Shown in pieces: positions 50,338-63,640 of a DNA stretch of 64,000 nt. The notes beneath the pieces are model-generated. The model was not told the DNA's origin and did no database searches. It saw only the letters and a program-made list of their open reading frames with translations. The stretch lies in the NCBI RefSeq assembly GCF_037042905.1, contig NC_087245.1, positions 248,001-312,000 on the forward strand, read 5' to 3'. The stretch comes from Lytechinus pictus (lineage: Eukaryota). The position numbers and the translations under genes were made by a program. The stretch's first letter is position 1, and each line of letters opens with the position of its first letter.

Positions 50338-53039
50338 AACTTGCAAGTGCGTGCTGTCTACTTGCAAAAAATACGTGGGCAAAATTTGGGTATCCGTACG
50401 TGGTGAGTACCACGGTACCACCCAAAGACGTTATAATATAAGCGCATTTTCTCAGTTGCTATGGCAAAAAGCAAAAAGCGCATGCGTGAGTCGCAGACAG
50501 CATGGTAGTCGGATCGCAAGGTTTGCGGTGTCGAGGCTTATTACGATTCATCTCCCTCACTAAGTCGCAAGCCAGTCGCAGACCAGTCGGGTCGTAAGGT
50601 GTGCGGTGGCTCCATTGCTATGCATGGAAAGTCCGGGGTTCGATCCCCGGCCGCCGCTCCTATGCCCTTGAGCAAGGCATTTAATCTACAATGCTCTTTT
50701 ATCCTGCTTACTCTACCACGTGCACAAAAAATGATGTACGCAACCGCTCACGGCCGTGCGAGTGGCTTGCGTACTCCCTTCCTACAGTTCTTGCCACTCT
50801 TCCTTCCCACCTTTTTCAGTAAAAAAAAACTTGAGTGCCGGACTAAAAACAGGCACAGTGCATGGGTTGTGACCAAGGCTTTAGCAGTATCATTTTATTG
50901 CACCTAGGCCTTCTCACCATGAAAGGTAGGACTGTGATCGAGAAACCCAACATGATTAAATATTCTTCCAATACAGTATACGCGGCGATTTTGTGACATT
51001 TTTTTCTCCTATAGCATGTATAGTCTTAATAAAATTCAAAATTCAAGGGGGCACGCCCGCGTCCCGCTCCGGAATCTCGCCTATAGATGCAATTCAATAA
51101 AAAAAATAATTTGTGACAGTAATGCGTGTATTTGGCTGATAATGACATTGTCTCGTTATTCTTTAAATTGCCCCCTACAACTTCCCCACACAAGGACAGA
51201 ATATAAAGTATGGACTCCCTGTATTAAAGTTCAGACTTGTACATCCTTGTTTAGGTTTAATAAAATGCAAAACCGTTCATATTGTTTCAGTAGCATTTCA
51301 ACAGTGCTATTCATGTATCTACTTTTTAGATTATCATTTATCCACGTTCGATGTTTTGCTGTTAGTAGTTTATGATGTTACCTTACTTTGTATATTCAAG
51401 TTGAATGATGTTTGTGTAACTGCTAGGCGCCTTCGTAAAGAATTTTTTTTTCAAAATTGAACGGACCAACCCTGCAGTATGAAATAAGTTCAACAAAATG
51501 AATAAATAAAGAGGAAAAATGAATTTAATGGATATAAATATCATAGAATTGTTTTATATGAAAGCATGATCTGCCCTTGAGATTTGTAGTCGGTTCTTTC
51601 GGAGATACATTGATGAAAACAATATTCAAGAGGGTATGATGAAACGAAAAGTACAAAGTAACATCCTCATGCCAACGGTTAATTTAACCAACTAGTTTGC
51701 TTGCATACCATGAATACAAATCGCCCTTGTTATCTAAAACTATTGCGAGGAAGTGAGAGGGATATTATGCCCTATTGTTTCAAAGAGGTTGAAACCATAT
51801 GGCTATTGGCTCCGTACGTGATCACTCGTCTTCATTTAATCATGGACCCTACTATCATGGTCCATGGTTAGATAGATTGCAAATTCATCTTCTATAAAAA
51901 GCAGTGCTGAGTCTGAGGTATCCTCTGAATACACAAACGTACAAAAACAGTGAGCCTACACATTTCCTTATGATTTTTTATCCCATTGGGATGTAGTCAT
52001 CCTATACCTGGCTACACTGTTATGAAGTATGCTCTCCAAATCATCTCTTCTCAATTACCCAATAGAATACACACCATGTCATATTTTGTCATTAGATGTG
52101 TAATTACTCGATGACAACATCACCATAGAAACCGCGTCCGTAGTCGTTATCGCGCAAACCTGTCGTGCATGTTGTGAATAAACTGGTAAACTGATCTACA
52201 ATAATATTTTGAGAATTATCTGTAGACCGAGGCGTAGATCCTGGGGGGGGGGGGGGGGGGGCAGGGGGGGGGCGATCGCTCCTCCAATGAAAATATTGGG
52301 GGGGGGGACAAACATCATTTTGCCCCCTCCCCAATAATTCCGGATGTGCAAAAATAAAATAAGATTGTAATGGTAAACGAAAATCGGCAAGCGAGATTGA
52401 GATACACAACTCAATCTTTATTTAAAATCGTGCTAAAAATGTCCGCTTTTCAGATTGGAATATAACATTTTCAGCTCGCGCTTCGCATAATTTCTTTAGC
52501 AAAAACCATACTATTCATGATTAAATAGGTGAATAGAATGTCCCGTTTTCAGTTCTAAACCTCAAAAGAACTCCCGCTTCGATTTGCAATAATCTTTTGT
52601 TGGATATGTATCTTGTTCTTTATTAAAAACGTCCATTAAACTGTCAATTTTTTTTCCGATCGAAACCTTAAACAGTTTCAGCTCGGGTGCTCCGCGCTCG
52701 CATCTGTTGTTCTTTTATATACCCATCTTAATCATTGGTACCAAAAATGCTTAGAATATCAAGCTCTCATGTCAGAATATAAAGAAATTTCAGCTCGCTT
52801 TCGGCACTCGCATTATCTGTGTAGTGAGGTATCCTCCTCATGAGTTACTACAGACAGTCCTTACACGTAGTTTACAGGTCAGTATACTAAAAAATTCAGC
52901 TCGCGCTTCGCGCTCGCATTAATTTTTATTAATTTGTTGGTGAGATATGTGTCTCTTTCTCATGAGTCATATACACACACACACACACATATATATATAT
53001 ACATAAATAATTTATTGGTTGGATTGCTTAACTAAGCTA

Positions 53040-53077
53040 GTCGTACAGACTGTTTCACCCTAAGGCTCATCAGCGAC
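53040..53077 (-). ncRNA. Minimal type I hammerhead ribozyme, - strand copy of an inverted pair
   Basis: GUCG-CUGAUGA-GCC(UUAG)GGU-GAA-ACAG(U)CUGU-A-CGAC. Confidence 0.8.
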
Positions 53078-53091
53078 ATATTTGTCGCTCA

Positions 53092-53128
53092 TCGCTGATG
53101 AGCCTTAGGGTGAAACAGTCTGTACGAC
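53092..53128 (+). ncRNA. Minimal type I hammerhead ribozyme, + strand copy of an inverted pair
   Basis: UCG-CUGAUGA-GCC(UUAG)GGU-GAA-ACAG(U)CUGU-A-CGA, a canonical core. Confidence 0.8.
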
Positions 53129-54592
53129 TAGCTTGGTTAAGCAATCCAACCAATAAATTATTTATACTCAGCTCCTACACAGTCGAGCACTATTAGATAT
53201 TGCAGTATATCACTATATACTTACCTACCTATATATATACATATACATAATTATATATATACATATGTGTGTGTGTGAGTGGGTGAGTTTGTTTGTTTTG
53301 TGTGATCGAGCGCCTTTGGAACGTTGATTCATGATTTTGCCCCCCCCCCCAATCTGAAAAATGGATCGACGCCCCTGTCTGTAGATTAAGGTCAATGAGG
53401 CAGCCGAAGCAAACATTGGTTTTATAGGATTATATAGAGGAGGGAGGGGGTTAATGCACCCAACACCCCCACCTTATTACATTCGTAACCGAATTTCACG
53501 TATTTCCAAACATCGTGAGATGGGCATGCGATTAAATGCAAATATTACAAAAAAATCTTTAAGTGCTGGGAGGAGGGGGTGGTAAACGTTTCCACCATGA
53601 GGCAAGTATTCCTACTTTGACCAGATTGACCCATCAAGGAGCAAGATATTACTGGAATGAAACTGAAAACGACTTCCAATAGCATGGAATTGAAACACGG
53701 GATGATTCCCATTTGAAAATGAAAATACTATCATTTTGTAAGACTTTTTTTTCTTTAGTCTCCATTGGACATTCAAGGACCGACATTATTTACTGGATAT
53801 TAAACATCAAAATGATCAAGGCATTCATTTTTATGGATTTTTAAAGGAAGTTCTTCTATTGGTAAAACCTTTGCGGGTTGAAAATCGTCAACTAATTTAA
53901 TATAATATCAATTTGTTACTTTTCCAGCGGCACAGGGCCTATATCAAAATCAATTTCTTGTTTGATTAGATTCTCGTTTTCTCCATCTGGAATATAGCTA
54001 TCATTCTAATGGAGAGAACACATCACAATAATTGTTATAGGCAATTTTCAGTTTGATTAGCTTGTGTATATATACCCAAATGAAAATGCCATCGCTAGAG
54101 TACTCACGCGCGTTAGTGCGTATTATTTATTCAAATTCTCTTATATTATTTTTATCATCTAGTCTTCATTGTGAATCGAGAGGAGAGAGAAAGAGAGGGG
54201 GTGGGATTGTGAAGAAATGGGTTTTGGCATGAATGATCTAAACCAGTTGGAATGTTTCCAATAGTTGAATAATATTCAAGAAAATGAATACAACGGGTTT
54301 TTTGTAATCTCTTCCTTGAATTTCATGCGTGCATGTGCCATGTGACCAACTGTTTTCATGAATAATGTGATATTAGTTCGTTGGAATTATTTTACACAAT
54401 TCCCTATAAAAGTCATTCTTCATTATTTTCATTCTGTAAAACATGGACCCTACTTAGAATCAACAAAAAGCTGTTTCGATGTTTGCACTATGGTGTGTCA
54501 TGGTCATAAATTTGTTTCTCTTTCTCTATTGTACGGGTATAACTTCCTCATAGCACGTTCCGACCTATGCCTTTGGTTCATTTCCTTTTCAG

Positions 54593-54648
54593 ATCTTTAC
54601 ACATAGAGTGCTGTGTAAGAATCAAAGTGGTGCCCCTATAATATACAG
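54593..54648 (+). other. Candidate 56-nt internal exon
   Basis: Acceptor TTCATTTCCTTTTCAG and consensus donor CAG|GTAAGT in apparently unique DNA. Confidence 0.45.
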
Positions 54649-55296
54649 GTAAGTCACTCATAACATCACCATGTCTTTGTTTCTACAGGCCTAAATTTGC
54701 TCTGTGTGTTTGGAGTTGATTCTTTTCGTGAGACAAAGAGTCAGATTTGCCTGGATTACAGGGAAGCATAGGCGGATCCAAGGGGCCCGAAGGGCCTCCC
54801 CCCCCCCCCCCCCCCCATTATCGGAGCAAAAGAAGAAAAAGGGGAGAAGAAAGAAAAAAGGGGAAAGAGAGAAGAAAAAATGAAAAATAAGAGGAGAAAG
54901 ATGAGTGAATAAAATAAGGTGAGGGAAAGACTTGGAAAAAAAACACTTTCATGTCACTGTATAAAATGTTTGCTCGCGCTCGCATTGCATGTTCGATGAG
55001 ATACACATCTTGTTCAATAGGCTGATATGGAGCTTAAAATTTAAAACATCAAGTTTTGAAGTCAACATGCAAAACATATTACAGCTCGGACATCGAGCTT
55101 TCAATATTTTTTTGATTTGCAAATTGATATTTAAAAAGTGTTCTGTAAAATGTCTGTTTTATGGTCTGAATATCAACATTTTTAGTTCGCTCTGCGCACT
55201 ATAGTAGCATTATTTGATTTGCTAAGTACCTTATTGTCTTCGTGTATTCCATAAAATTCTCAAAATTTTCAGGTATGATATATCAGTTCTATACCA

Positions 55297-56097
55297 AACT
55301 GCTTCCCTTGTTTAGGGTGCTTTTCGAAACCCCATGGTCGCGCCTGGTATCCACTCGTCAATGGAAGTGGTCCCCCGAAAATTTGAACCTCTTCACCCAT
55401 TTCGGGGAAAGTAAAACATAATGCCCATAATATTGTGTGCTAGAGGCATATCGTTTGTGTAGAAGGAGCAGGTAAAAGAAAAAAACCAACAAATTCGGAT
55501 GGTGTTCAGACGCGGATAGGCCTATTGCATATGCTGTGTACATATCAACGCATGCGAAATGGTTTCGGCTGGAGAGGTGATCTGACCCATGGAATCAATT
55601 GCCAGTGATCCACTAATAATCCACATTAGATGCAATATCGATTCGATAGACTGTAATGATCTATATCTAAGCCTTAGTTCAGTAAGTTTTTCCTCACTCA
55701 ATATGTAATCGATTTGTTTGAAAAACCACTTTCTTATCCATGTCATAATCTATTGTAGGCCCAGCATTTCGAATATCTCCAGCCAGCTGTCATATAGTCG
55801 AGGCTCGCCGCCGGCTCAGGGGGCATACGCTGATTACCAGTCGGACATGCATGAAAGCCGGATTTAATATCGCAGCATGGTGCGGGTGTCGCGTGAAAGA
55901 ATTTGCACACGATCGAAAAGCAGATCTTATAGGGCCTGTAACACAAAGCTTAGCAATGATTGTAGAGTAGTTTTCTACGTTTGATTCTATTGACTACAAT
56001 GTACAACCAATCTTAAAAATCGAGTCTATGATTAATCGTTAACTTTTGTGTTACTGGACCCTAATGTCGCGTTCCAGTGGTTTGCGAAAACTCGCAA
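55297..56097 (-). mobile_element. Composite element copy 2 (inverted, truncated)
   Basis: Reverse complement of ~48990-49700. Confidence 0.8.
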
Positions 56098-56320
56098 ATT
56101 TCTGTCTGAATCGCATCCCCCATCTTGCCTCATGCAACTATACTATTCTACTTGAAACTGATAGTGTGGAGCATGCATTTCGCATAGTCATATAATCATT
56201 GTGGATTAAAGTGAAGTAAATAAAAGTGCAAATAGATGAGAAAAATACCACGGATATATGAGGAATTTTAATTGGTTTATTTCTCATTATGTCAAAACAA
56301 ATCAAATTATTTGATTTGTT

Positions 56321-56544
56321 AATTATAATATATACAATAATGATTTAACAATGTATAAATAAAACAGAACCGTGTGTGGTCATGTGAAGATTAGCTGCTG
56401 CCTGGGTCTGGGAAAAGCTATTATGGGTCTGGGAAAAGCTATTATAGCTTTTCCCAGACCCAGGCAGCAGCTAATCTTCACATGACCACACACGGTTCTG
56501 TTTTATTTATACATTGTTAAATCATTATTGTATATATTATAATT
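56321..56544. repeat. Perfect 101-bp inverted repeat with a 22-bp spacer
   Basis: 56321-56421 is the exact reverse complement of 56444-56544. The spacer is a tandem copy of the arm's inner end (TGGGTCTGGGAAAAGCTATTA x2). Confidence 0.95.
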
Positions 56545-57827
56545 TCCGAATCGATAATAAATAAGTAAATAAATTACAATGTAACACAATATTGATGTAC
56601 AATTTACAGAAACAGATTGGCAATACTTCATTTAACATATGCGAAATAATTAATCAACATGATAGAGCCGATACAAACGTGAGAAATGAGGAACCAAAAG
56701 AAGCTAAGCTTGTAAAGATTGGTCTTCCGAGGATTAAGTACCATTTATATTATAATTAGGTCTAAATAAATGCAATTACCATACACATTTCCTTGTGAAA
56801 AAAAAATAAATGAAAATCAACAAAGACGGCGTGTCATTTCGTGTGGAAAAAATATTTCACGTTCTTTTTCATGTGCGTGGTAATTTTAATATATGTGCAT
56901 AGAGTAACTTGAGTAACGAACCTGTCCAACAAGAAAAGTTTTAAAACACAATTTATCTGTATACAATAGCTACTTGTGCTTTGCTTCTATATATTTGTAT
57001 TTTTTAATTATGTCCATAAAACAAGGAGAACAGCATAAAAAAAGACGAAAGGTCTGTCACGCAACGCTCAAAATAATCTGCATTCAGTATATTTTCTTAT
57101 TGAAATTGATAAAAGCCATCTAATTTATTTGCATTTGAATACTGTTGAAATATATCGAAATGAGACCACATGAAATATGAATAACATATTACGAGACTCA
57201 AAGAAACATAAATTATAGCAATAATTTTTAGATTAATACCATAATTCTTCGTAGCTGCGAGATGCTCAATCCGTTCGTATATCGGGCTTAAAGGTAGGAC
57301 AAATAAGACCGATCGAGCTTTCATCTTGAGAACGTCGAATTCATCATCTTTCATAGAGTGGAAAAGGGGGGAAATAGCAAACAATCTAATCTACTTAAAT
57401 TGAAGGACAAAGTATCAACCTTGAAAGTAGATATGATGTCAGAACCATGGTAACCTTGAATAAAAGGCCAAAAAGAAAACTTGGAAAAACTTCATAAAAG
57501 CAATTCACTCTAATACTTAACATTTTTAAGATCGGTTATCGATATTTCAGATTTTTTGTATAGATCAACAAAGATAATTTACATTATATTGGTTGATACA
57601 ATGTCAACGTTACCACACAATTGAAAGACAATACTGGGGCGACACCAGGTTATTTTGAGAAGGAGGGAAAACGAACAATAGGTGACATCATTTTTGAAAA
57701 TAGATTATAAATTGTGGGTATATACAATTACATTACCACGATCTCTCTTTTATTTCCCCCCTTTTCTTGTCGCTCCCTGTTTTACCGCACTTTACCATTT
57801 ATTCAGTGTATGTGTTGTCTTAATAAT

Positions 57828-58993
57828 TGCCACCTTTCGCAATCCTCACGGACGCTAAACACAAAAGTTAACGCTTAATCATACACTTGATTTTTAATAT
57901 TGATTGTACATTATAGTCAATAGAATCAAACGTAGAAACTGCTCTACAATCAATGCTAAGCTTTGTGTTACAGGGGGGTTACAGGCCCTACAGATCCGCT
58001 TTTCGTGCGCAAAATTCTTTCCCGCGACACCCGCACCATACATGTTGTACATTACGACTGATGGCTAGAGATATTCGAAATGCAGGACCTAAAGTAGATT
58101 ATGACATGGATAACAAAGTGGTTTTTTAAACAAATCGAGTACATATTGAGTGAGGAAAAAGTTACTGAATTAAAGCTTAGATATAGATCATTACAGTCCA
58201 TCGAATCGATATTGCATTTAATGTTGATTATCGGTGGATCTCTGGCTATTGATTCCATGAGTCAAATCACCTCTCCAGCCGGAACCATTTCGCATGCGTT
58301 GATTATGTACACAGCATGTATACGTTGAACACGTACCAGCCGAATTTTTTCTTTTGATTACTCCTACACAAACGATATGCCTATGTAATGGGCATTATGT
58401 TTAACTTTCCCCAGAAAAGGGGATTAGATTCGAATTCCCGGGGGGACCACTTCCATTGATGAGTGGATACCAGGCACGACCATGCGGTTTCGAAAAGCAC
58501 CCTAAACAAGGAAAGCAAGGCTTTTCCAGATTATGAAAATGCATCTCTTAACAAGTATTTAGCATGAGAAACCCTAAGTATTGAAAACATATCCCCCTTT
58601 TCAGTATGTTAAACATCGTTTTTGACACCCTTATAACGTTACATAGGCCTATACGCAACGTACTTGCCGACTCTTTCCCTTTTTACGCATGGTCGCGCCT
58701 GGTATATGGAAGTGGGCCCCCCCGCGGCCTCTCGAGCTCTGGGAGGAATCAAATGTTGGTTTGGAAAGTCGTCCTAAATCGGATATATCGTTGTTACCAT
58801 AGTAGCAACCAGAATTTTGCACACGAAACGCAGATTGAATGTTTCCGTTCCAGATGCGAAACGAAAAAAATCTCATGTCACACAATTTGCATTGCAGGAC
58901 AGAGTTTTACGACCATGACGACGGGCCCAAAAGTCTACCAAAATCAACTACCGTCGCAAATAAGCGTCCGCGTTCTCCAACGAAAGGTCGGGA
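57828..58993 (+). mobile_element. Composite element copy 3
   Basis: ACCTTTCGCAATCCTCACGGACGC ... GCGTCCGCGTTCTCCAACGAAAGGTC, with the same nested modules as 48986-50180. Confidence 0.82.
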
Positions 58994-59460
58994 ATACTGG
59001 CACACGAGCGATGTAATTACACTCGGATATAGAAGTCAAGATTTGAGCATAATGAATGCAGCGGTGAATGAAGCACGAAGTTTAATTATGGTAGCGCTGG
59101 ATAAACAGTAATTCAATCTTATAGTAAGGAGAGGTAATACATCAGCAAGGTATCTATCCTCTGACAAAATGGCATGATAATGTTGCTATATCCACTTCGT
59201 ACCATGTTAAAAAAGCAGAATATCATACGAATGAGAAACAACCCAATCCATGGCAACCACACCCTCTGCAAATAACTACTAGCTTGTTTTTCCTATACTA
59301 TAGAGTATGTAAAAGATGTGTGTGTGCGTGTGTGTGTGTGTGAGTGTGAAACCATGGTTAGTGTCACTGAGGATATATTTAAATTTCAGAATCGAAGAAT
59401 AGTTGATGAATAAGGCCTAAATGCAAACATTTCTCTGTAATTAATGTGGTATAGCGCGTA

Positions 59461-60507
59461 GGCTGGGTTCACATAGAAGTATACGGTATACGGTATTCTC
59501 TATTCGCTATTCGCTATACGGACATGGCGGGTCACATAAAGGTAGCACGCGTGTCCTACTTTAATATTCAAAATGGATACTTCAGACGAAGAACTTCTAT
59601 TTAATACAACTTTTAACGATTTTTTTTTAATGGGGTTAGTTCAGCCAGTCCGTCGAGATGGGCTTATTTGAGCCATATGATTTTACACACTAAAAACTAA
59701 AATTTTATTTTTGGGGGAGGGGGGGGGGGTTGAGGAATGTTATTGGAAATACTGTAGTTATGTTTCCAAATTTATATTTTAAGATTTCAAACCTGTATCA
59801 GCCTAATTGATTTTATCAATCATTCCTATTTTTGCTTTGATTACGTCATTTTAAGGGGGAGGGCTTGATTCTACTCCCCCATCCCAGCTCTGTGAAATCA
59901 TAGCAAAAGTGAAATAATAAATAATTCATTTTATAAACAATATTTTCTTGAATGAAATCCATTTCCACATTATTATCGACTTATTATAAGAATAATTAAG
60001 TAATTAATTAAACATGACTCAGCGATACACAACAACATAGCTCAAGTAGCCTTCGCTGCGGACCTTTTTGACCTTGTATCTTCAGTCATTTCAAGGTCAA
60101 AAAAGACAGAACGAAAAATGCAGAGCCCACATAAATCATACAGCATGTGCATGAGATAAACTCTGAAGTGCTGGATAACTTAAATATGACGGCATGTGCT
60201 AATAAATTCCAATAAAATGAGTACCAAGAAATCATTTCATTTGAAATTACCTCATTTAACCAACGCACACAGTAAATATTATAGGGAAATTCAGAACACC
60301 ACCTGCCACGTCTGTATACGCTGCACGAAAATCGAACAGGTACGATTCCCACTATACTATACTATACGCAGCTATACGGCATTTTCGTATAGTGCCCTCT
60401 CATGTGACCCGGTATTAGGAAATCCTATTGTTCGATTCAAGCTATTCGCATGCCCTCGAAAACGTGCACCGTATACCCGAATAGTATACTTCTATGTGAA
60501 CCCAGTC
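59461..60507. mobile_element. Harbinger-like non-autonomous element
   Basis: 24-bp TIR GGCTGGGTTCACATAGAAGTATAC / GTATACTTCTATGTGAACCCAGTC, TA on both flanks, and subterminal TAT(A/T)CG repeats. Confidence 0.8.
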
Positions 60508-60852
60508 TAATGGATATTACGTGCTATATGTTAGACGAACCGAGGTTCGTATTCTGATGTGATCGTGGTGTAACTCTGTGCTGCGCTCTCAGAAATATAT
60601 CGGGTCGGTAAACTAAAGAACCTGCAACATTTGGGTTTGGTAAGCAATTTTCGTTTAACTCACAGTTTGTAGTTTAGGAGAGGAAAATGCCGCCTGCTGA
60701 AATTTGCATTACTATCAAAGTTTGACAAAATGATTAATCCATGGTGTAATAATATAGACTGTTATGAATCAGAATGTGGGTCGTTAATGTTTGGAGGGCT
60801 TATTATATCTGGACAATCTACTGAATTCTATTTTATATTTTGAATTAGGGTA

Positions 60853-61057
60853 AGTAGTAGTAGTAACATTATAGTATAGTAAAGTATAGTAGTGGGAGTA
60901 GGAGTAGTAGATGTAGTAGTATAAATATTAGTAGTAGACGTAGTAGTAGTAGTAGTAGTAGCAATAGAAGTAGTAGAAGTAGTAGTAGTAGCAGCAGTAT
61001 CAGCAGAAGCAGATACTAGTAGTAGTAGTAGTAGTAGTAGAAGTAGTAGTAGTAGAA

Positions 61058-61096
<39 letters not shown>

Positions 61097-61100
61097 ACAA

Positions 61101-61180
<80 letters not shown>

Positions 61181-61213
61181 CTAGTAGTAGTAGTAGTAGT
61201 AGTAGCAGTAGAA

Positions 61214-61267
<54 letters not shown>

Positions 61268-61289
61268 ATAATAATAATAATAGTAGTAG
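60853..61289. repeat. (AGT)n microsatellite
   Basis: Seen directly; source of the poly-Leu ORF. Confidence 0.97.
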
Positions 61290-61507
61290 CACTAGCGTAC
61301 CTACGGGGGGGGGGGTGGGCAGAGGGGGCAGACTGCCCCCCTGACGAGTCTTGAAGACCTTTTTTTTTTTTTTTGCTTGCTTGTCAAATTTTTTGGCAGA
61401 AGAGATCCTTTATTTGTGGTTGAAGACCTTTTTTTTTTTGCTTGTCAAATTTTTTGGCGGACGAATTTGCCCCCCCCCCCCTGTGGAAAATCCTAGGTAC
61501 GCCACTG
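61290..61507. mobile_element. MITE with 5-bp TSD inserted in (AGT)n
   Basis: CACTAGCGTACCTA / TAGGTACGCCACTG with AGTAG on both flanks (TSD length is ambiguous within the microsatellite). Confidence 0.75.
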
Positions 61508-61557
61508 AGTAGTAGAAGTGGTATATAGAGATGTATCGGACAGAATAGTCAAACACT

Positions 61558-61700
61558 GAGGCGAAGTGCCGTGGCCGAGTGATCTAAGGCGCCCGACTAC
61601 ACCATGAAAGTCCGGGGTTCGATTCCCGGCACTGCCCTTGACCAAGGCATTTTTATAAACTTTGCTCTTTTATTTTGCATCAAATAAATGAAAATGCTTC
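61558..61700 (+). mobile_element. tRNA-derived SINE fragment
   Basis: A box TGGCCGAGTGA, B box GGTTCGATTCC, then CCCTTGACCAAGGCATTT. Confidence 0.7.
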
Positions 61701-61946
61701 ACAGAGTGCACGTGTTAAAAAAAAAATCACAGGCAGAGGAACATGAGGAAAGGATGAATTTGTTCTGCGCAGACATGGTGGTATACCTATATGTTGAGAG
61801 CATTAGATCTTGTTAAATACCCCGAACTCTATGGTTGAGTCTTATCAAAACTTTATCTGTATGATCTCAATTTCTTTGTGTATGGTTCAGAACTTCCTTA
61901 GATGAGATGGATATTCAATGGATCAAACTATTACAGGTGTCATTAA

Positions 61947-62672
61947 AAGGATGGTCCAGGTTGGATATATTTGTATCTCAATGAATAGAGTAACATTCAC
62001 AATGCAAAATGCTGTTGATCAAAATCGGATAACAAATAACCGAGTTAATGAATTTTAAAGATTTGCATTATTCCGGTGAAACAGTTCTAGGCATGTCTTT
62101 ATGAATATTCATTAGATGGGCTGATGATGTCATATCCCCACTTGTTTTTTTGTGTATTTTATTATATAAAATCAGGTTTAATAATTCAAATATTTTCGAA
62201 CAAGAACTGAAACAATTGGTCTGGCAACTAAGTAAGTGCATTAGTTATTTATTGCCGCAACTTATTTTATCATAATGGAGACACATCATTTACTCATACT
62301 GTAGAAGATAATTCATTAACAACCTCTTGAATTCATGATTGCTTCCTTTTAATATTTATTCATTTAATCTTTTTTTGTTAATAAGATTTTTGTACATGTG
62401 ATATACAGTATGTCAATCTCACCCTTTGATTATTTCATGTAATAACAGAAGAAAAAGGAAAATGGGGATGTGACATCATCAGCCCACCGAATGAATATTC
62501 ATGACGATGTGCATATAACTGTTTTCACAACATATTGATAAATTTTAAGATTTAATATCTTCGTTATTTGTTATCCGATTTTGATGAAATTTTCAGCATT
62601 TTGCTCTGTGAATTTTACTCTGATTTATTTTAATATAAACTTTTATAAATATTTTCAGCCCGGACCATCCCT
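61947..62672. mobile_element. Kolobok-like MITE
   Basis: TTAA|AAGGATGGTCCAGG ... CCCGGACCATCCCT|TTAA. Confidence 0.85.
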
Positions 62673-63095
62673 TTAACATGACTATATAGGCATGCTAGGA
62701 GTATCCTGTTATTTTCATCCCGTCCATGCTTGAGAAATGAGTTTATACCAAGAAAGATGTAAAACGTAGTGATTTGATTTTGATTGGGATCCTTACCAAA
62801 ATTCCCCATTTAGTAAAATGGTAAGGGCATGTATTTCATATCATTTACAATAAAACAATTTTAGTATGTACGTATTCATTATAATGATGAATCGGAATAG
62901 TGACTTACGATTTTGTAGGCATTTGTCAAATATTCCTGGCTTACATGAACATGGGACGTTTTGCTGCCCCTTCCCTTGCTCCCCTACCTCTCTTTTCTCT
63001 CTCTCTCCCTCTCTCTTACTCAATAGAACCCCCTCTTTAACCCCCCCGTACTCTCTCTCTTGTGGATATTCATTTTCAGTACATCCCTTTATTAA

Positions 63096-63640
63096 AGGGA
63101 TGATCCGCGCTGACAATGATATGATTTAAACAGATAAAGAAAAATCTGACAAATAAAACACTGAAAATTTGATGAAAATCGGACAACGAATAACAAAGTT
63201 ATGGCATTTTAAAGATTTGCATTATTCCAGTGAAACAGTTCTAGGCATGTCTTCGTGAATATTTAATGAGCAAATTGATCATGTCATATCCCCACTTGTT
63301 CTTTTGTATTCAGGGGCCGCGGAACGGTTTTCAAAGTGGGGGGGGGGGGGGGGGCTGACCTTGCAAAAATTCACAATCGTATGGTCATTTTTACGTTTTT
63401 ATACATGGTTTTAGAAAAAAAAGGGGGGGGGGCTGAAGCCCCACCAGCCCCCCGCTTCCGCGGCCCCTGGTATTTTATTATATGAAATTAGGTTAATTTT
63501 GTTTTTCTACCAAGAACTGAAAAAATTAGATTTAAAACTGATTAGTGCATTTGATATATTAATTGCTGCAACTTATTTCATTATAAAGGAGATATATATT
63601 CACACATGTATGAAAAAATAAAACAATTATGATTTCATGT
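63096..63640. mobile_element. Partial Kolobok-like element interrupted by a MITE
   Basis: TTAA|AGGGATGATCC start; homologous to the 61947 copy. Confidence 0.72.
63311..63469. mobile_element. 159-bp MITE with 5-bp TSD (same family as 45409)
   Basis: TIR CAGGGGCCGCGGAA / TTCCGCGGCCCCTG with TSD GTATT at 63306-10 and 63470-74. Confidence 0.9.

Larger units (their letters stand above)
52227..53377 (-). mobile_element. hAT-like non-autonomous element with 8-bp TSD
   Basis: Ends CCGAGGCGTAGATCC / GGATCGACGCCCCTG, with TSD TCTGTAGA at 52219-26 and 53378-85. Confidence 0.85.

Noticed and set aside
49041..58328. Similar short ORFs repeated at 49041, 55522 and 58052/58101, suggesting a gene family
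   Set aside because: They are chance frames within three copies of the same non-coding composite transposon and are open on inconsistent strands.
60828..61292. Poly-Leu ORF
   Set aside because: It is the reverse strand of an (AGT)n microsatellite.
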